Shown piece by piece: positions 8,563 to 17,302 of a stretch of DNA of 64,000 bases. Within the stretch, counting starts at the first letter, position 1. Every line of letters begins with the position of its first letter. The notes beneath the pieces are model-generated. The model saw only the letters and a list, made by a program, of their open reading frames with translations, was not told the DNA's origin and made no database searches. This stretch comes from Candidatus Parcubacteria bacterium (GTDB taxonomy: Bacteria; Patescibacteriota; Minisyncoccia; Phycocordibacterales; UBA918). The stretch covers positions 108,676-172,675 of the forward strand of contig JAKFXN010000003.1 in NCBI GenBank assembly GCA_021731405.1, given 5' to 3'. The position numbers were made by a program, and so were the translations under genes.

Positions 8563-10572
8563 ATGTCAGAGATTAAAACCTTCCCATTTAGTCAACCAGG
8601 AGTTGAACAAATAAGAAACTACAAGTACGGCACTGATTGGCCAGTCGTCTATTTGATTGAAAATGGGAAGGAGCTTTACGTAGGTGAAACAATTAGAGCT
8701 TACGGTCGTACAAGACAGCATTTAGATAATGAAAAGCGAAGACAGCTTAATACGATTCATGTAATTTCTGACGATGAATTTAATAAGTCTGCCACTCTCG
8801 ATACCGAGTCTTCATTGATTGAGTATTTGGTAGCTGATGGGGTATATACTCTTCAAAATGGAAATGGAGGTTTACAAAACCATGATTATTTTGATCGCGA
8901 GCGTTATCAAGGAAAATTTGAATTATTGTGGAAGAAGCTGCAGGACTTAAAGATTGCAAAGAATGATTTGTTACAAATCCGTAACAGTGATCTTTTTAAA
9001 TATTCACCTTATAAAACTCTCACAGACGATCAGTATTTAATTGCTACCCAACTCGTAGAGCATTTTAAAGAGAATAAAAAACAAACATACGTTATTCATG
9101 GAGGTCCTGGAACCGGAAAGACAATACTTGCTACTTTCCTTATTAAAAAGCTAGTTGATGAAGGTAAAAAAGACATTGCCCTAGTCATTGCAATGGTTTC
9201 TCTACGAAAGACACTAAAGAAAGTCTTTCGAGGTATTCCTGGACTCAGTCCAAATATGGTTATTGGACCTAATGAAGCGGTTGATCAAAAATATGACATT
9301 TTAATAGTGGATGAAACTCACCGACTGCACCAAAGAAGAAATATTCCTAATTACGGAACCTTTGATGTTACTAATAAAAAATTAGGTTTAGGAAACGAGG
9401 GAACAGAGCTGGACTGGATTCTCTCCTCAGCAAATCAGGTAGTACTTTTTTATGATCAGCGCCAATCGGTCCGACCTTCTGATATTTCCGCTAAAAAGGT
9501 TTTGGAAACAAACCCGATTAGTTTTGAATTAAAAACACAAATGCGTGTTAAAGGGGGAGAAAATTATCTTCATTTTATAGATAACCTCTTAGAAAATAGC
9601 GCCGACACGAAAGCAAATTTTACTGACTACGAATTTAAGGTCTATGATGATTTGGGGCAAATGGTAAGTGCTATCAAAGAGCAGGAGAAAGCCCATACAC
9701 TCTCACGTATGGTAGCTGGCTATGCTTGGAAGTGGCTATCAAAAAAGAATCCTACCGTACCAGATATTGTTATTGGGGATACAAAGTTGTTTTGGAATAG
9801 TAGAATTCATGACTGGGTGAATTCACCAAATGCCATTAACGAAGTTGGTTGTATACATACTATTCAAGGGTACGATCTAAATTACACTGGTGTAATTATC
9901 GGTCCGGAAATGTCCTACGATCCAATCAAAAAAGTGATTGTGGTTGATAAATCAAAGTACCTTGATTCAAATGGACATAAAGGGGTCACAGATCCAGAAG
10001 AACTCAGGCGTTATGTTATTAATATTTATAAAACATTACTGACTCGCGGCATTCTTGGAACGTACGTTTACATAGTGGACGAAAACTTAAGAAAATATTT
10101 TAAGGAGGTGTTATCTGGAGAAAGTTTAGTAACTCAAGAAGAGGTGTCAGAAGAAGAGGTTACGCCGTCTCCTTATCAGGGAGAAGTGGTAAAGGTTCCA
10201 CTGTATGACTCAATAGGTTGTGGGGAGCTGATGCTCGCTGATTCAGTTAGTGATGAAACTGTCGATGTGCCAGCTTGGCTTATAAAACCCGGTGCAAAGT
10301 ATTTTGCGCTTCACACTCGAGGGGACTCAATGAATCAACTCGCTATTAATGATGGGGACATTATCTTGTGTCAGAAGAACCTGAATGCAACTAGTGGTAA
10401 TGCGGTCGTGCTAATAGGGGACGACGCAACCCTTAAACAGATTAAGGTAGAAAAAGATGGTTTGGTACTTATACCAAAGTCGACCAATCCGGAGCATAAG
10501 ATAAGAAAAGTGACTATTGACGACGACTTCAAGATTCTAGGAGTGTTTGTCTGTAAGATTGATAGAAACTAG
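8563..10572 (+). CDS. GIY-YIG-like + DUF2075 P-loop ATPase fused to a C-terminal LexA-like S24 autopeptidase domain
   Basis: N-terminal WPVVYLIENGKELYVGETIRAYGRTRQHL (GIY-YIG-like). Walker A GGPGTGKT, Walker B ILIVDETH. C-terminal PLYDSIGCGELMLA (cf. LexA PLVGRVAAGEPLLA cleavage region). GDSMN is the catalytic Ser. DATLKQIK is the catalytic Lys. Confidence 0.7.
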   Translation: MSEIKTFPFSQPGVEQIRNYKYGTDWPVVYLIENGKELYVGETIRAYGRTRQHLDNEKRRQLNTIHVISDDEFNKSATLDTESSLIEYLVADGVYTLQNGNGGLQNHDYFDRERYQGKFELLWKKLQDLKIAKNDLLQIRNSDLFKYSPYKTLTDDQYLIATQLVEHFKENKKQTYVIHGGPGTGKTILATFLIKKLVDEGKKDIALVIAMVSLRKTLKKVFRGIPGLSPNMVIGPNEAVDQKYDILIVDETHRLHQRRNIPNYGTFDVTNKKLGLGNEGTELDWILSSANQVVLFYDQRQSVRPSDISAKKVLETNPISFELKTQMRVKGGENYLHFIDNLLENSADTKANFTDYEFKVYDDLGQMVSAIKEQEKAHTLSRMVAGYAWKWLSKKNPTVPDIVIGDTKLFWNSRIHDWVNSPNAINEVGCIHTIQGYDLNYTGVIIGPEMSYDPIKKVIVVDKSKYLDSNGHKGVTDPEELRRYVINIYKTLLTRGILGTYVYIVDENLRKYFKEVLSGESLVTQEEVSEEEVTPSPYQGEVVKVPLYDSIGCGELMLADSVSDETVDVPAWLIKPGAKYFALHTRGDSMNQLAINDGDIILCQKNLNATSGNAVVLIGDDATLKQIKVEKDGLVLIPKSTNPEHKIRKVTIDDDFKILGVFVCKIDRN

Positions 10573-10679
10573 ATGTACGTGGAGTATTAAAATGAGTTAC
10601 GGTTGTCTATATCCCATGCAGGCCTATTTTTGTAGGTCAGCTATTGATCTATTCTGTCTGATCTGGTTAAGTTGTTTGA

Positions 10680-11144
10680 ATGGCATCGGCTCACTCTTAT
10701 AAAATAACCCTTTCCAACAACAAGACTGAAAAGCAAGCGATTGACTACTTATTGTCAATCGATAAACGGTTTTTGCTTCCAACAAAAGAGGGTAGGAAGC
10801 AACTTCTAAACGTTCTCGGTTTAGATAAGAAATACGCGCGCACCTTTGATTTATTTGTTTTGTCCGGTCACACCAGTGATGAGCAAGAAATTACATTCAA
10901 AGATGTTAAAAAAGTTATTTTGATTGAGCTTAAGACAACTCAAAAGTACCTACCAAATAATCCAAAAGGATTTTTCTTCGGAGCGACGCAAAATGAATTT
11001 GATCTAGCAGAGCAACTTGGAGAGCAGTATAAATTTTGTTTCGTCAGTCTTCATCCAGAATCGCTAGGCTATTCCCTTGTGTCGGCAATTGAATTGGAAG
11101 ACAAAGTTATAAATAAGCGAGTACAGTATCAAATAAATCTATAA
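10680..11144 (+). CDS. hypothetical 154-aa protein, possible PD-(D/E)xK nuclease-fold
   Basis: FDLFVLSG...VKKVILIELKTT resembles a D...ExK motif. It lies immediately upstream of the C5-MTase. Confidence 0.3.
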   Translation: MASAHSYKITLSNNKTEKQAIDYLLSIDKRFLLPTKEGRKQLLNVLGLDKKYARTFDLFVLSGHTSDEQEITFKDVKKVILIELKTTQKYLPNNPKGFFFGATQNEFDLAEQLGEQYKFCFVSLHPESLGYSLVSAIELEDKVINKRVQYQINL

Positions 11145-11231
11145 AGTATTTTGGTGCAATTATAGTAGTAAAACTTAAATATCCCAGGAGTGACTATATC
11201 GTGAATTGATAAACCCTGGCATAATAAGAAG

Positions 11232-12482
11232 ATGTTAAAGTCAACAAATAAAAAACCTAGGGTTTTAGATTTATTTGCTGGAGCAGGAGGTCTCTCTGAG
11301 GGCTTTGTCAGAGCTGGCTGTAATATTGTAGGTCATATCGAAATGGATAAAAATGCTTGTGAGACTCTTATCACAAGAATGGTTTACCACGCACTCCTCA
11401 AAAAGGGAAAAATTGATGAATATAAAAAATATGTGCTAGGAGAAGTTACCAGAGAGGAGTTGATTGAAAAATATAAACTACAAAAAGAGCGGGACTCAGT
11501 AATATGTGCATCTATAGGAGTAGATAACTACAGAAATTTAATAGCTACAATCAAAGAGAAACTGGGGGGTAAAAAACTGGACTTAATCATCGGAGGTCCA
11601 CCTTGTCAGGCTTATTCACATATTGGTCGAGCACGTGATAAAAATAAAATGGCTTCTGACGAGCGTAATTTTTTGTATAAATTTTATGTTGAGTTTTTAA
11701 AAGAATTACTGCCAAAAATCTTTGTTTTTGAAAATGTCCCAGGGTTAAAAACTGCTGCAGGCGGCAAGCATCTTGCGGATATGAGGGCGCTAATGTTGGA
11801 GGCTGGATACGAGACGGAATTGAGCGTCCTTAATACTGTAGATTTTGGTGTCCCGCAAAATAGAAAGAGAGTCATCTTGATTGGTTGGAGCAAAGAATCA
11901 AAAATGAAGGAGTACCCAGATTTTGATAAACTTAAGCTGGTTCGTTCGTATGTTGTCTCGGATGTTTTTTCTAACTTACCTAAATTGAAGGCAGATGATG
12001 GATCTTTGCATGTAAGAGATTTTCAGCAAGGTAGTAGTGTCCCAAGCCAGTTGATGATTAGTGACTTTGATATTTTGATGTCGCACATGACTCGGCCGAA
12101 CAACGATCAAGATTTAGAGATATACAGACATGTGGCTCTGGCTAAAAGGAAAGGTGTTGAGCTTAAGTATAATGAGCTACCCAAGGAGCTTAAAACTCAT
12201 AAAAATGAGCACGGTTTTCTAGATAGGTTTAAAGTTGTCGATCCAGCTGCAAAAGGGTCACATACAATAGTCGCTCATATTGGAAAAGACGGTCACCATT
12301 ACATTCATCCTGATGTTAAGCAAAATAGGTCTATTTCAGTGAGAGAGGCTGCCCGCTTGCAAACATTCCCGGATAGTTATAAGTTTGAGGGAGCTCGAAC
12401 TGCTCAGTTTAAACAAATTGGGAACGCTGTTCCGCCTTTATTTTCAACAATGATTGCAAAAGAGCTAATCAAACATCTTTAA
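11232..12482 (+). CDS. dcm: DNA (cytosine-5)-methyltransferase
   Basis: Motif I DLFAGAGGLSEGF. Motif IV GGPPCQAYS. Motif VI ENVPGL. Motif X QIGNAVPP. Confidence 0.9.
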   Translation: MLKSTNKKPRVLDLFAGAGGLSEGFVRAGCNIVGHIEMDKNACETLITRMVYHALLKKGKIDEYKKYVLGEVTREELIEKYKLQKERDSVICASIGVDNYRNLIATIKEKLGGKKLDLIIGGPPCQAYSHIGRARDKNKMASDERNFLYKFYVEFLKELLPKIFVFENVPGLKTAAGGKHLADMRALMLEAGYETELSVLNTVDFGVPQNRKRVILIGWSKESKMKEYPDFDKLKLVRSYVVSDVFSNLPKLKADDGSLHVRDFQQGSSVPSQLMISDFDILMSHMTRPNNDQDLEIYRHVALAKRKGVELKYNELPKELKTHKNEHGFLDRFKVVDPAAKGSHTIVAHIGKDGHHYIHPDVKQNRSISVREAARLQTFPDSYKFEGARTAQFKQIGNAVPPLFSTMIAKELIKHL

Positions 12483-12487
12483 AATAT

Positions 12488-14662
12488 ATGAAGAAAGTAT
12501 TTAAGCCACGAGCCAGACTACTATTACAGTTAGGAAATCAGCTTATAAAAAATGAAAATATAGCTCTAGTTGAATTAATTAAAAACTCTCATGATGCGGA
12601 TGCAAAAGAGTGCAAAATTGAGTTAATCAACATTGATTCTAAAGAGAATGGAGAAATCATCATTAAAGATGACGGCGTTGGTATGTCTCTACAGGTGATT
12701 GAACAGATATGGTTAGAGCCAGGAGCGGACTTTAAAGACCTTGTACTCAAAGGCAAACAATTGCCACTGAACTTGATTTATGCAGCTAAGCGTACTCCAA
12801 TTGGCGAGAAAGGGATTGGTAGGTTTGGTGTACATAAATTAGGTGATGAAGTGGAGCTGGTTACTAAAGACGCAGATTCTGAGAAGGAAATAGTAGTAAA
12901 AATTAACTGGCTGGATTTTCATGATGTCATCTATTTAGAGGATGCAACTTTTGATGTCGCAGAGAGGAAGCCTGTGATTTTTACAGGCAAGCAGACTGGT
13001 ACTGTAATGACTATACGAAAACTACGTACCTCATGGGATAAAACTATGTTTAAGGAACTGATCAGAACTGTTCTGTCGCTCAATACACCTTTTGCAGAAA
13101 AGACTAAAGATAGTTTTTCAGCTACTCTGAATCTTAGTTTAAAGAATAAAGATCAACAGTTAGAGTGGCAAGAAACAATGCTGACAGTCGAACAGGTAAA
13201 AAATTTATCTTTATGGAAAGTAAGATGCACTATCGAAGGTAATAAAATAAAGAAATTTCACTATGAATTTTTACCATATGCTGGAATGGACAAGCTTTCT
13301 AAGAAAGTGGTTACTGAGAAAAATGCTATTTTCACCAAGTATTATAATCAACTAAGAGACAGCAATAATTTACCATTTGATTTGTCATCACATGAGATTG
13401 GTCCGATTGAAGTTGAGCTTTTTCTCTTTTATCTTGGCTCGAAGGTTCTAAAACTAAGCACATCAGATCCTAGGTTGCTTAATGATTTTATGAAAGAGAA
13501 CGGTGGGGTTAGGGTTTATAGGGGAGGAATGCGCGTTTATGACTACGGGGAACCAGAAGATGACTGGCTAAACTTAGATCAGAAGAGAATAAGTAATGTG
13601 GGAGGGAGCATAGGAAATAAGCTTATTCTAGGTTCCATTTCACTAGAAAGACGCAAAAGTCTTGGGCTAATTGAAAAAACAAACAGAGAGGGTTTTGTGG
13701 AGAACGATTCATATAAAGCATTCAAGCAGTCGCTTTTGCAAGTCATTGCCATTGTCAATCATTTGAGAAATATAGATAAGTTACAAATTAAAGAAATATA
13801 TGAAGGATCAGCACAGACTGAGCCAGTTTTGCATGATGTAGATTTATTGAAGGACATAACAACTGAGAAGATCGCAGATTTTTCTGAAGGATTAACTGAA
13901 GAAAAGAAAAATGAGGTCAATAAATTTAGAGATGAAATTATTGAAGGCTTAGAAGTCATCAAAGAACAATATATTAAAAGCCACGATATTCTTATTAAAA
14001 GTGCTGGTGCTGGTTTAAGTCTTGGGGTGGTAATTCATGAAATTGAAAAAAGAATTAAAGAACTCAGAAGAGTGATAGATGTTGTTGATTTTAATGTAAA
14101 GAAGGTAAAAGAAATAGTTTTATCAATTTCTAAATTAGTTGGTAATTATTCTGTGTTACTAAGTAATACCACTAAAGAAAAAGTACAACTTTCTAAAGTG
14201 GTTGAAGATTCAATATATAACTGCTCATTTAGGTTTGAGGCTCATAAAGTTTCTGTATCCCAGCTATATAAAAAGCATAAGTTAGTCAAAATAAATTGTG
14301 CCACAAATATTATTGTTGGAGCTCTTCTCAATATTTTTGATAACTCGCTCTATTGGTTAAATGCTTATGATATTAAAGATAAAAAAATATTGATTGACTT
14401 TAATGACTACAAAGATGAGATTGGAGTCTTGGTGGCAGATAACGGTAAGGGGTTTTTATTATCGGCAGAGGATGCAATTAAACCCTTTATTTCAATGAAA
14501 AATGGAGGTACAGGCTTAGGGTTACACATTGCCGATGAAATGATGAAGATCCATAAAGGGCGCCTTGTAATAAGGAATTTTAAAGAATTTAAATCTTTAC
14601 CTAAGGAGTTTGAGCAAGGTGCCATCGTAGAGTTAATCTTTAAGAAGAATGAAACTAAATGA
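12488..14662 (+). CDS. hybrid GHKL ATPase: N-terminal MORC/HATPase_c_3-like module plus C-terminal histidine-kinase-like core (H-box + HATPase_c)
   Basis: N-terminal: ELIKNSHDADA, DDGVGMS, GEKGIGRFG. C-terminal: GVVIHEIEKRIKEL (H-box-like), LLNIFDNSLYW (N-box), VADNGKGF (G1), GGTGLGLHIADEMM (G2). Confidence 0.6.
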   Translation: MKKVFKPRARLLLQLGNQLIKNENIALVELIKNSHDADAKECKIELINIDSKENGEIIIKDDGVGMSLQVIEQIWLEPGADFKDLVLKGKQLPLNLIYAAKRTPIGEKGIGRFGVHKLGDEVELVTKDADSEKEIVVKINWLDFHDVIYLEDATFDVAERKPVIFTGKQTGTVMTIRKLRTSWDKTMFKELIRTVLSLNTPFAEKTKDSFSATLNLSLKNKDQQLEWQETMLTVEQVKNLSLWKVRCTIEGNKIKKFHYEFLPYAGMDKLSKKVVTEKNAIFTKYYNQLRDSNNLPFDLSSHEIGPIEVELFLFYLGSKVLKLSTSDPRLLNDFMKENGGVRVYRGGMRVYDYGEPEDDWLNLDQKRISNVGGSIGNKLILGSISLERRKSLGLIEKTNREGFVENDSYKAFKQSLLQVIAIVNHLRNIDKLQIKEIYEGSAQTEPVLHDVDLLKDITTEKIADFSEGLTEEKKNEVNKFRDEIIEGLEVIKEQYIKSHDILIKSAGAGLSLGVVIHEIEKRIKELRRVIDVVDFNVKKVKEIVLSISKLVGNYSVLLSNTTKEKVQLSKVVEDSIYNCSFRFEAHKVSVSQLYKKHKLVKINCATNIIVGALLNIFDNSLYWLNAYDIKDKKILIDFNDYKDEIGVLVADNGKGFLLSAEDAIKPFISMKNGGTGLGLHIADEMMKIHKGRLVIRNFKEFKSLPKEFEQGAIVELIFKKNETK

Positions 14663-15881
14663 TTATAGCGATTTTACTAAAGTTGTAATCATTGATGATG
14701 ACTACAATGAAGGTAATGAAGTTCGGAAAGCACTACTCGGTGCGGGTATTTCATCGGCTTTTTTTCATATATCGTCTAGTCAACCTGAACCTAAAGGTCC
14801 TTATAAAAATGTACGCTTAGTATTCTTAGATTTAGACCTAGACCACCTAGGCGTGCAAGAGAACCCAACTCAAGGTGCCTCAATAACATTGGCTACCCTT
14901 TCGAGGGTCGTAGATAAGAGTAGTCATTATGTTTTAGTATTATGGTCTGCAAAAACCACGAGGCCAATAGCTCGTGAGTTTAAGCGTCAACTGAAGAGAA
15001 CAAAAACAGTGGCAAATCCTATAAAAATTATAAGTTTAGGAAAAAATACTTGTAAAAATACCTCAGGAAGTTATAACTTATCAAAAATTAAGAAAGGAAT
15101 TAATTCTGGTTTAGAAAGCCTTCCCGCCTTCTCAGTCTTTTCAGAAGGAGAGAGGATTTTCGGCAATGCAATCGCTAAAACAATGGTCTCAATTTCGAAG
15201 CGACGTAGTGATCAAACTTTGTCAAAAGTTATTAATTCTTTAGCTAAAGCCAGTGCGCCACGTCCACGTGAACTAGTTGCAAATAGTGCTCTACTCAATT
15301 TCAATGGACTCATTGAAGACTCTATAGCTAGAGAAGTCTTAGCTCATGATTTTGGAGATTTACATTCTAAATTAAATGAGGAAGAGCTAAATCCCCGTCA
15401 GTGTGCAGAATTAAATTATCATTTAATTTTTTCGCCCGATAAGGTTTCTGATAGTGGTCAAATTATTTTTTTAAGAAAAAACAAAAAATTTATTAAAGAC
15501 GTTTTTGGTGACGAAATGAATTGTGAAGCATATAAATCAATGAGATGTTTTGTGGTAGAAGTAACACCGATTTGTGGAAGCGCTCAATCTAACGGTCTTC
15601 GCTATGTCATTCAAGGGGTGATTCATCCTCAGTTCAGAAAAGTAAGAACTAGTAAGGATGAAATTCGTGCAACAAATGTGTCAGGCTATACGTTTAAAGA
15701 CAGCTTTATATATAGCGGAAAAATTTGTCGAATGTCTTTTAATTTAAGATCTTATAGTACTGACATAAAGGATGTGGATTCTGGCGTAGTTAGTGAAAAA
15801 CTTCGAGCACATATTGTGATGGACATTCAACATAAAATCGCCTCTTATATTTCTCGTCCTGGACACTCATTGCTTTACTAG
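14649..15881 (+). CDS. receiver (REC)-like domain protein with unknown 280-aa C-terminal domain
   Basis: KVVIIDDDYNEGNE...VRLVFLDLDLD...VLVLWSAKT resembles a CheY-like fold. The start overlaps the previous gene by 14 nt. Confidence 0.4.
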   Translation: MKLNDYSDFTKVVIIDDDYNEGNEVRKALLGAGISSAFFHISSSQPEPKGPYKNVRLVFLDLDLDHLGVQENPTQGASITLATLSRVVDKSSHYVLVLWSAKTTRPIAREFKRQLKRTKTVANPIKIISLGKNTCKNTSGSYNLSKIKKGINSGLESLPAFSVFSEGERIFGNAIAKTMVSISKRRSDQTLSKVINSLAKASAPRPRELVANSALLNFNGLIEDSIAREVLAHDFGDLHSKLNEEELNPRQCAELNYHLIFSPDKVSDSGQIIFLRKNKKFIKDVFGDEMNCEAYKSMRCFVVEVTPICGSAQSNGLRYVIQGVIHPQFRKVRTSKDEIRATNVSGYTFKDSFIYSGKICRMSFNLRSYSTDIKDVDSGVVSEKLRAHIVMDIQHKIASYISRPGHSLLY

Positions 15882-16006
15882 CCATACACCACCTAGCAAT
15901 ATAGACGACATAGAGTGTTTGCTAAAGTCTTTAGAATTAGTCGCGCTGAATTGAAATACGTTAACTAAGGTTAAGTATCACTTATAAGACAGTTTTGTTT
16001 GGAAGT

Positions 16007-16190
16007 GGCGGAATTGGTCACGAATCACTAAGTATATTTATTCACTTCGTTCCAAATCTACTAAGTGTTCTCGACCCCAGCTCGCTCGCCTCCGGCATCG
16101 CTGCGCTCCTCAATTCCCGACGAAAGCAAAGCAGTTTGCTTTCTCCGCTCCACCATATTAAAAAAATCCCCATGAGGGGAATTTTTAATA
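16007..16190 (-). repeat. tRNA/tmRNA-3'-flank element copy (d), core-less, downstream of ssrA
   Basis: Shares left/right arms with copies at 52331, 53937 and 61925. Proximal CGGGAATTGAG is the reverse complement of the tmRNA T-arm. Distal CAATTCCGCC is a direct copy of the tmRNA 3' segment. Confidence 0.6.
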
Positions 16191-16588
16191 TGGTGGAGAT
16201 GGCGGGAATTGAGCCCGCGTCCGAATCAGGTACCACATGGTGCTTCTACAGTGTGTAGTTACTCCTTTGATTTAAAGCTTATGTCTTAAGAAGAAACAAA
16301 ACAACATAAACTCGAGTTGTTACAAGCTTAAACATATGCGACAACGGCGCTTATGCCCAGAGCCTCGTGGCTATTCTACAACCGTGCCGTATGAGGCGTT
16401 TAACACGATCGCATCGATCCGGGTCTAGGCGAATGGTTACGCTAGAGCGGGAGCGAATCCAAACGCGTTAGCGTATGGACTTGGTATTGCTTTGTTTGCA
16501 AATACAGATGGAACCTCTTTACGAATTGATTTCCAGTTTTCGACACTGCACACAATGGGTAGGCTAACCGTCGATGCCTAGCATCCCC
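16191..16588 (-). ncRNA. ssrA: tmRNA (SsrA)
   Basis: 5' GGGGAUGCUAGGCAUCGACGG... and 3' ...GCGGGCUCAAUUCCCGCCAUCUCCACCA form a tRNA-like domain. Tag ORF GCA-AAC-AAA... encodes ANKAIPSPYANAFGFAPALA*. SmpB is adjacent. Confidence 0.85.
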
Positions 16589-16726
16589 AGAAAGCACCGA
16601 AGTGTTTTCTCAGTTGAGTGAATACTCAACTATATGGAGAAAGGGAAGTAACTAAGTACTTCTATGCTTTCTGGGAATATCGTGTACGGGTGATGACGAA
16701 TCAAGGTCCAGATTCTTTCGTGGTTG

Positions 16727-17173
16727 TTATTGACTCTTCAAGATGCGGTCAATTTCGCGTTTATTGTCTCGGTCTTTAAGCGTTTGGCGCTTATCAGCTT
16801 GTTTTTTACCGCGAGCAAGCGCGATACCGAGCTTGATAGTACGTTTATTATTATACCACTTTAAAGCCACTATTGTCAACCCTTGCTTCTCGCTTCCAGT
16901 CTCCAGCTCATCGAGCTGTTTTCGGCTTAAAAGCAGCTTTCTGGCTCGTTCTGGGTCGTAGCTTTTTGGGGTATTGGCAACTTGGAAAGCGGTTACTGAA
17001 GCATTCACTAAAAAGGCTTCTCCACCACGAATAATGACATAAGCGCCATTTAAGCTGGCTTTTCCAGCCCGAATGGCCTTTACTTCGTAGCCATGCAAAA
17101 CAACCCCCGCTTCGTATTGTTCGAGGAATTCGTAGTCAAAGTACGCTTTTTTGTTTTGGATGTAATCAGCCAT
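16727..17173 (-). CDS. smpB: SsrA-binding protein SmpB
   Basis: YFDYEFLEQYEAGVVLHGYEVKAIRAGKASLNGAYVII. Adjacent to ssrA. Confidence 0.9.
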   Translation of the reverse strand: MADYIQNKKAYFDYEFLEQYEAGVVLHGYEVKAIRAGKASLNGAYVIIRGGEAFLVNASVTAFQVANTPKSYDPERARKLLLSRKQLDELETGSEKQGLTIVALKWYNNKRTIKLGIALARGKKQADKRQTLKDRDNKREIDRILKSQ

Positions 17174-17302
17174 ATAAAGTATGACGTTCTAACTATAGAT
17201 GGTATTACAACTTAGAGCAATTGGGCTTTTTTGGACAGTCTGTGGGCGTAGGGCGGTTTGCTCGTAAAGTGTGTTTTTTTCTGTATAATGCACCGTACTA
17301 TG

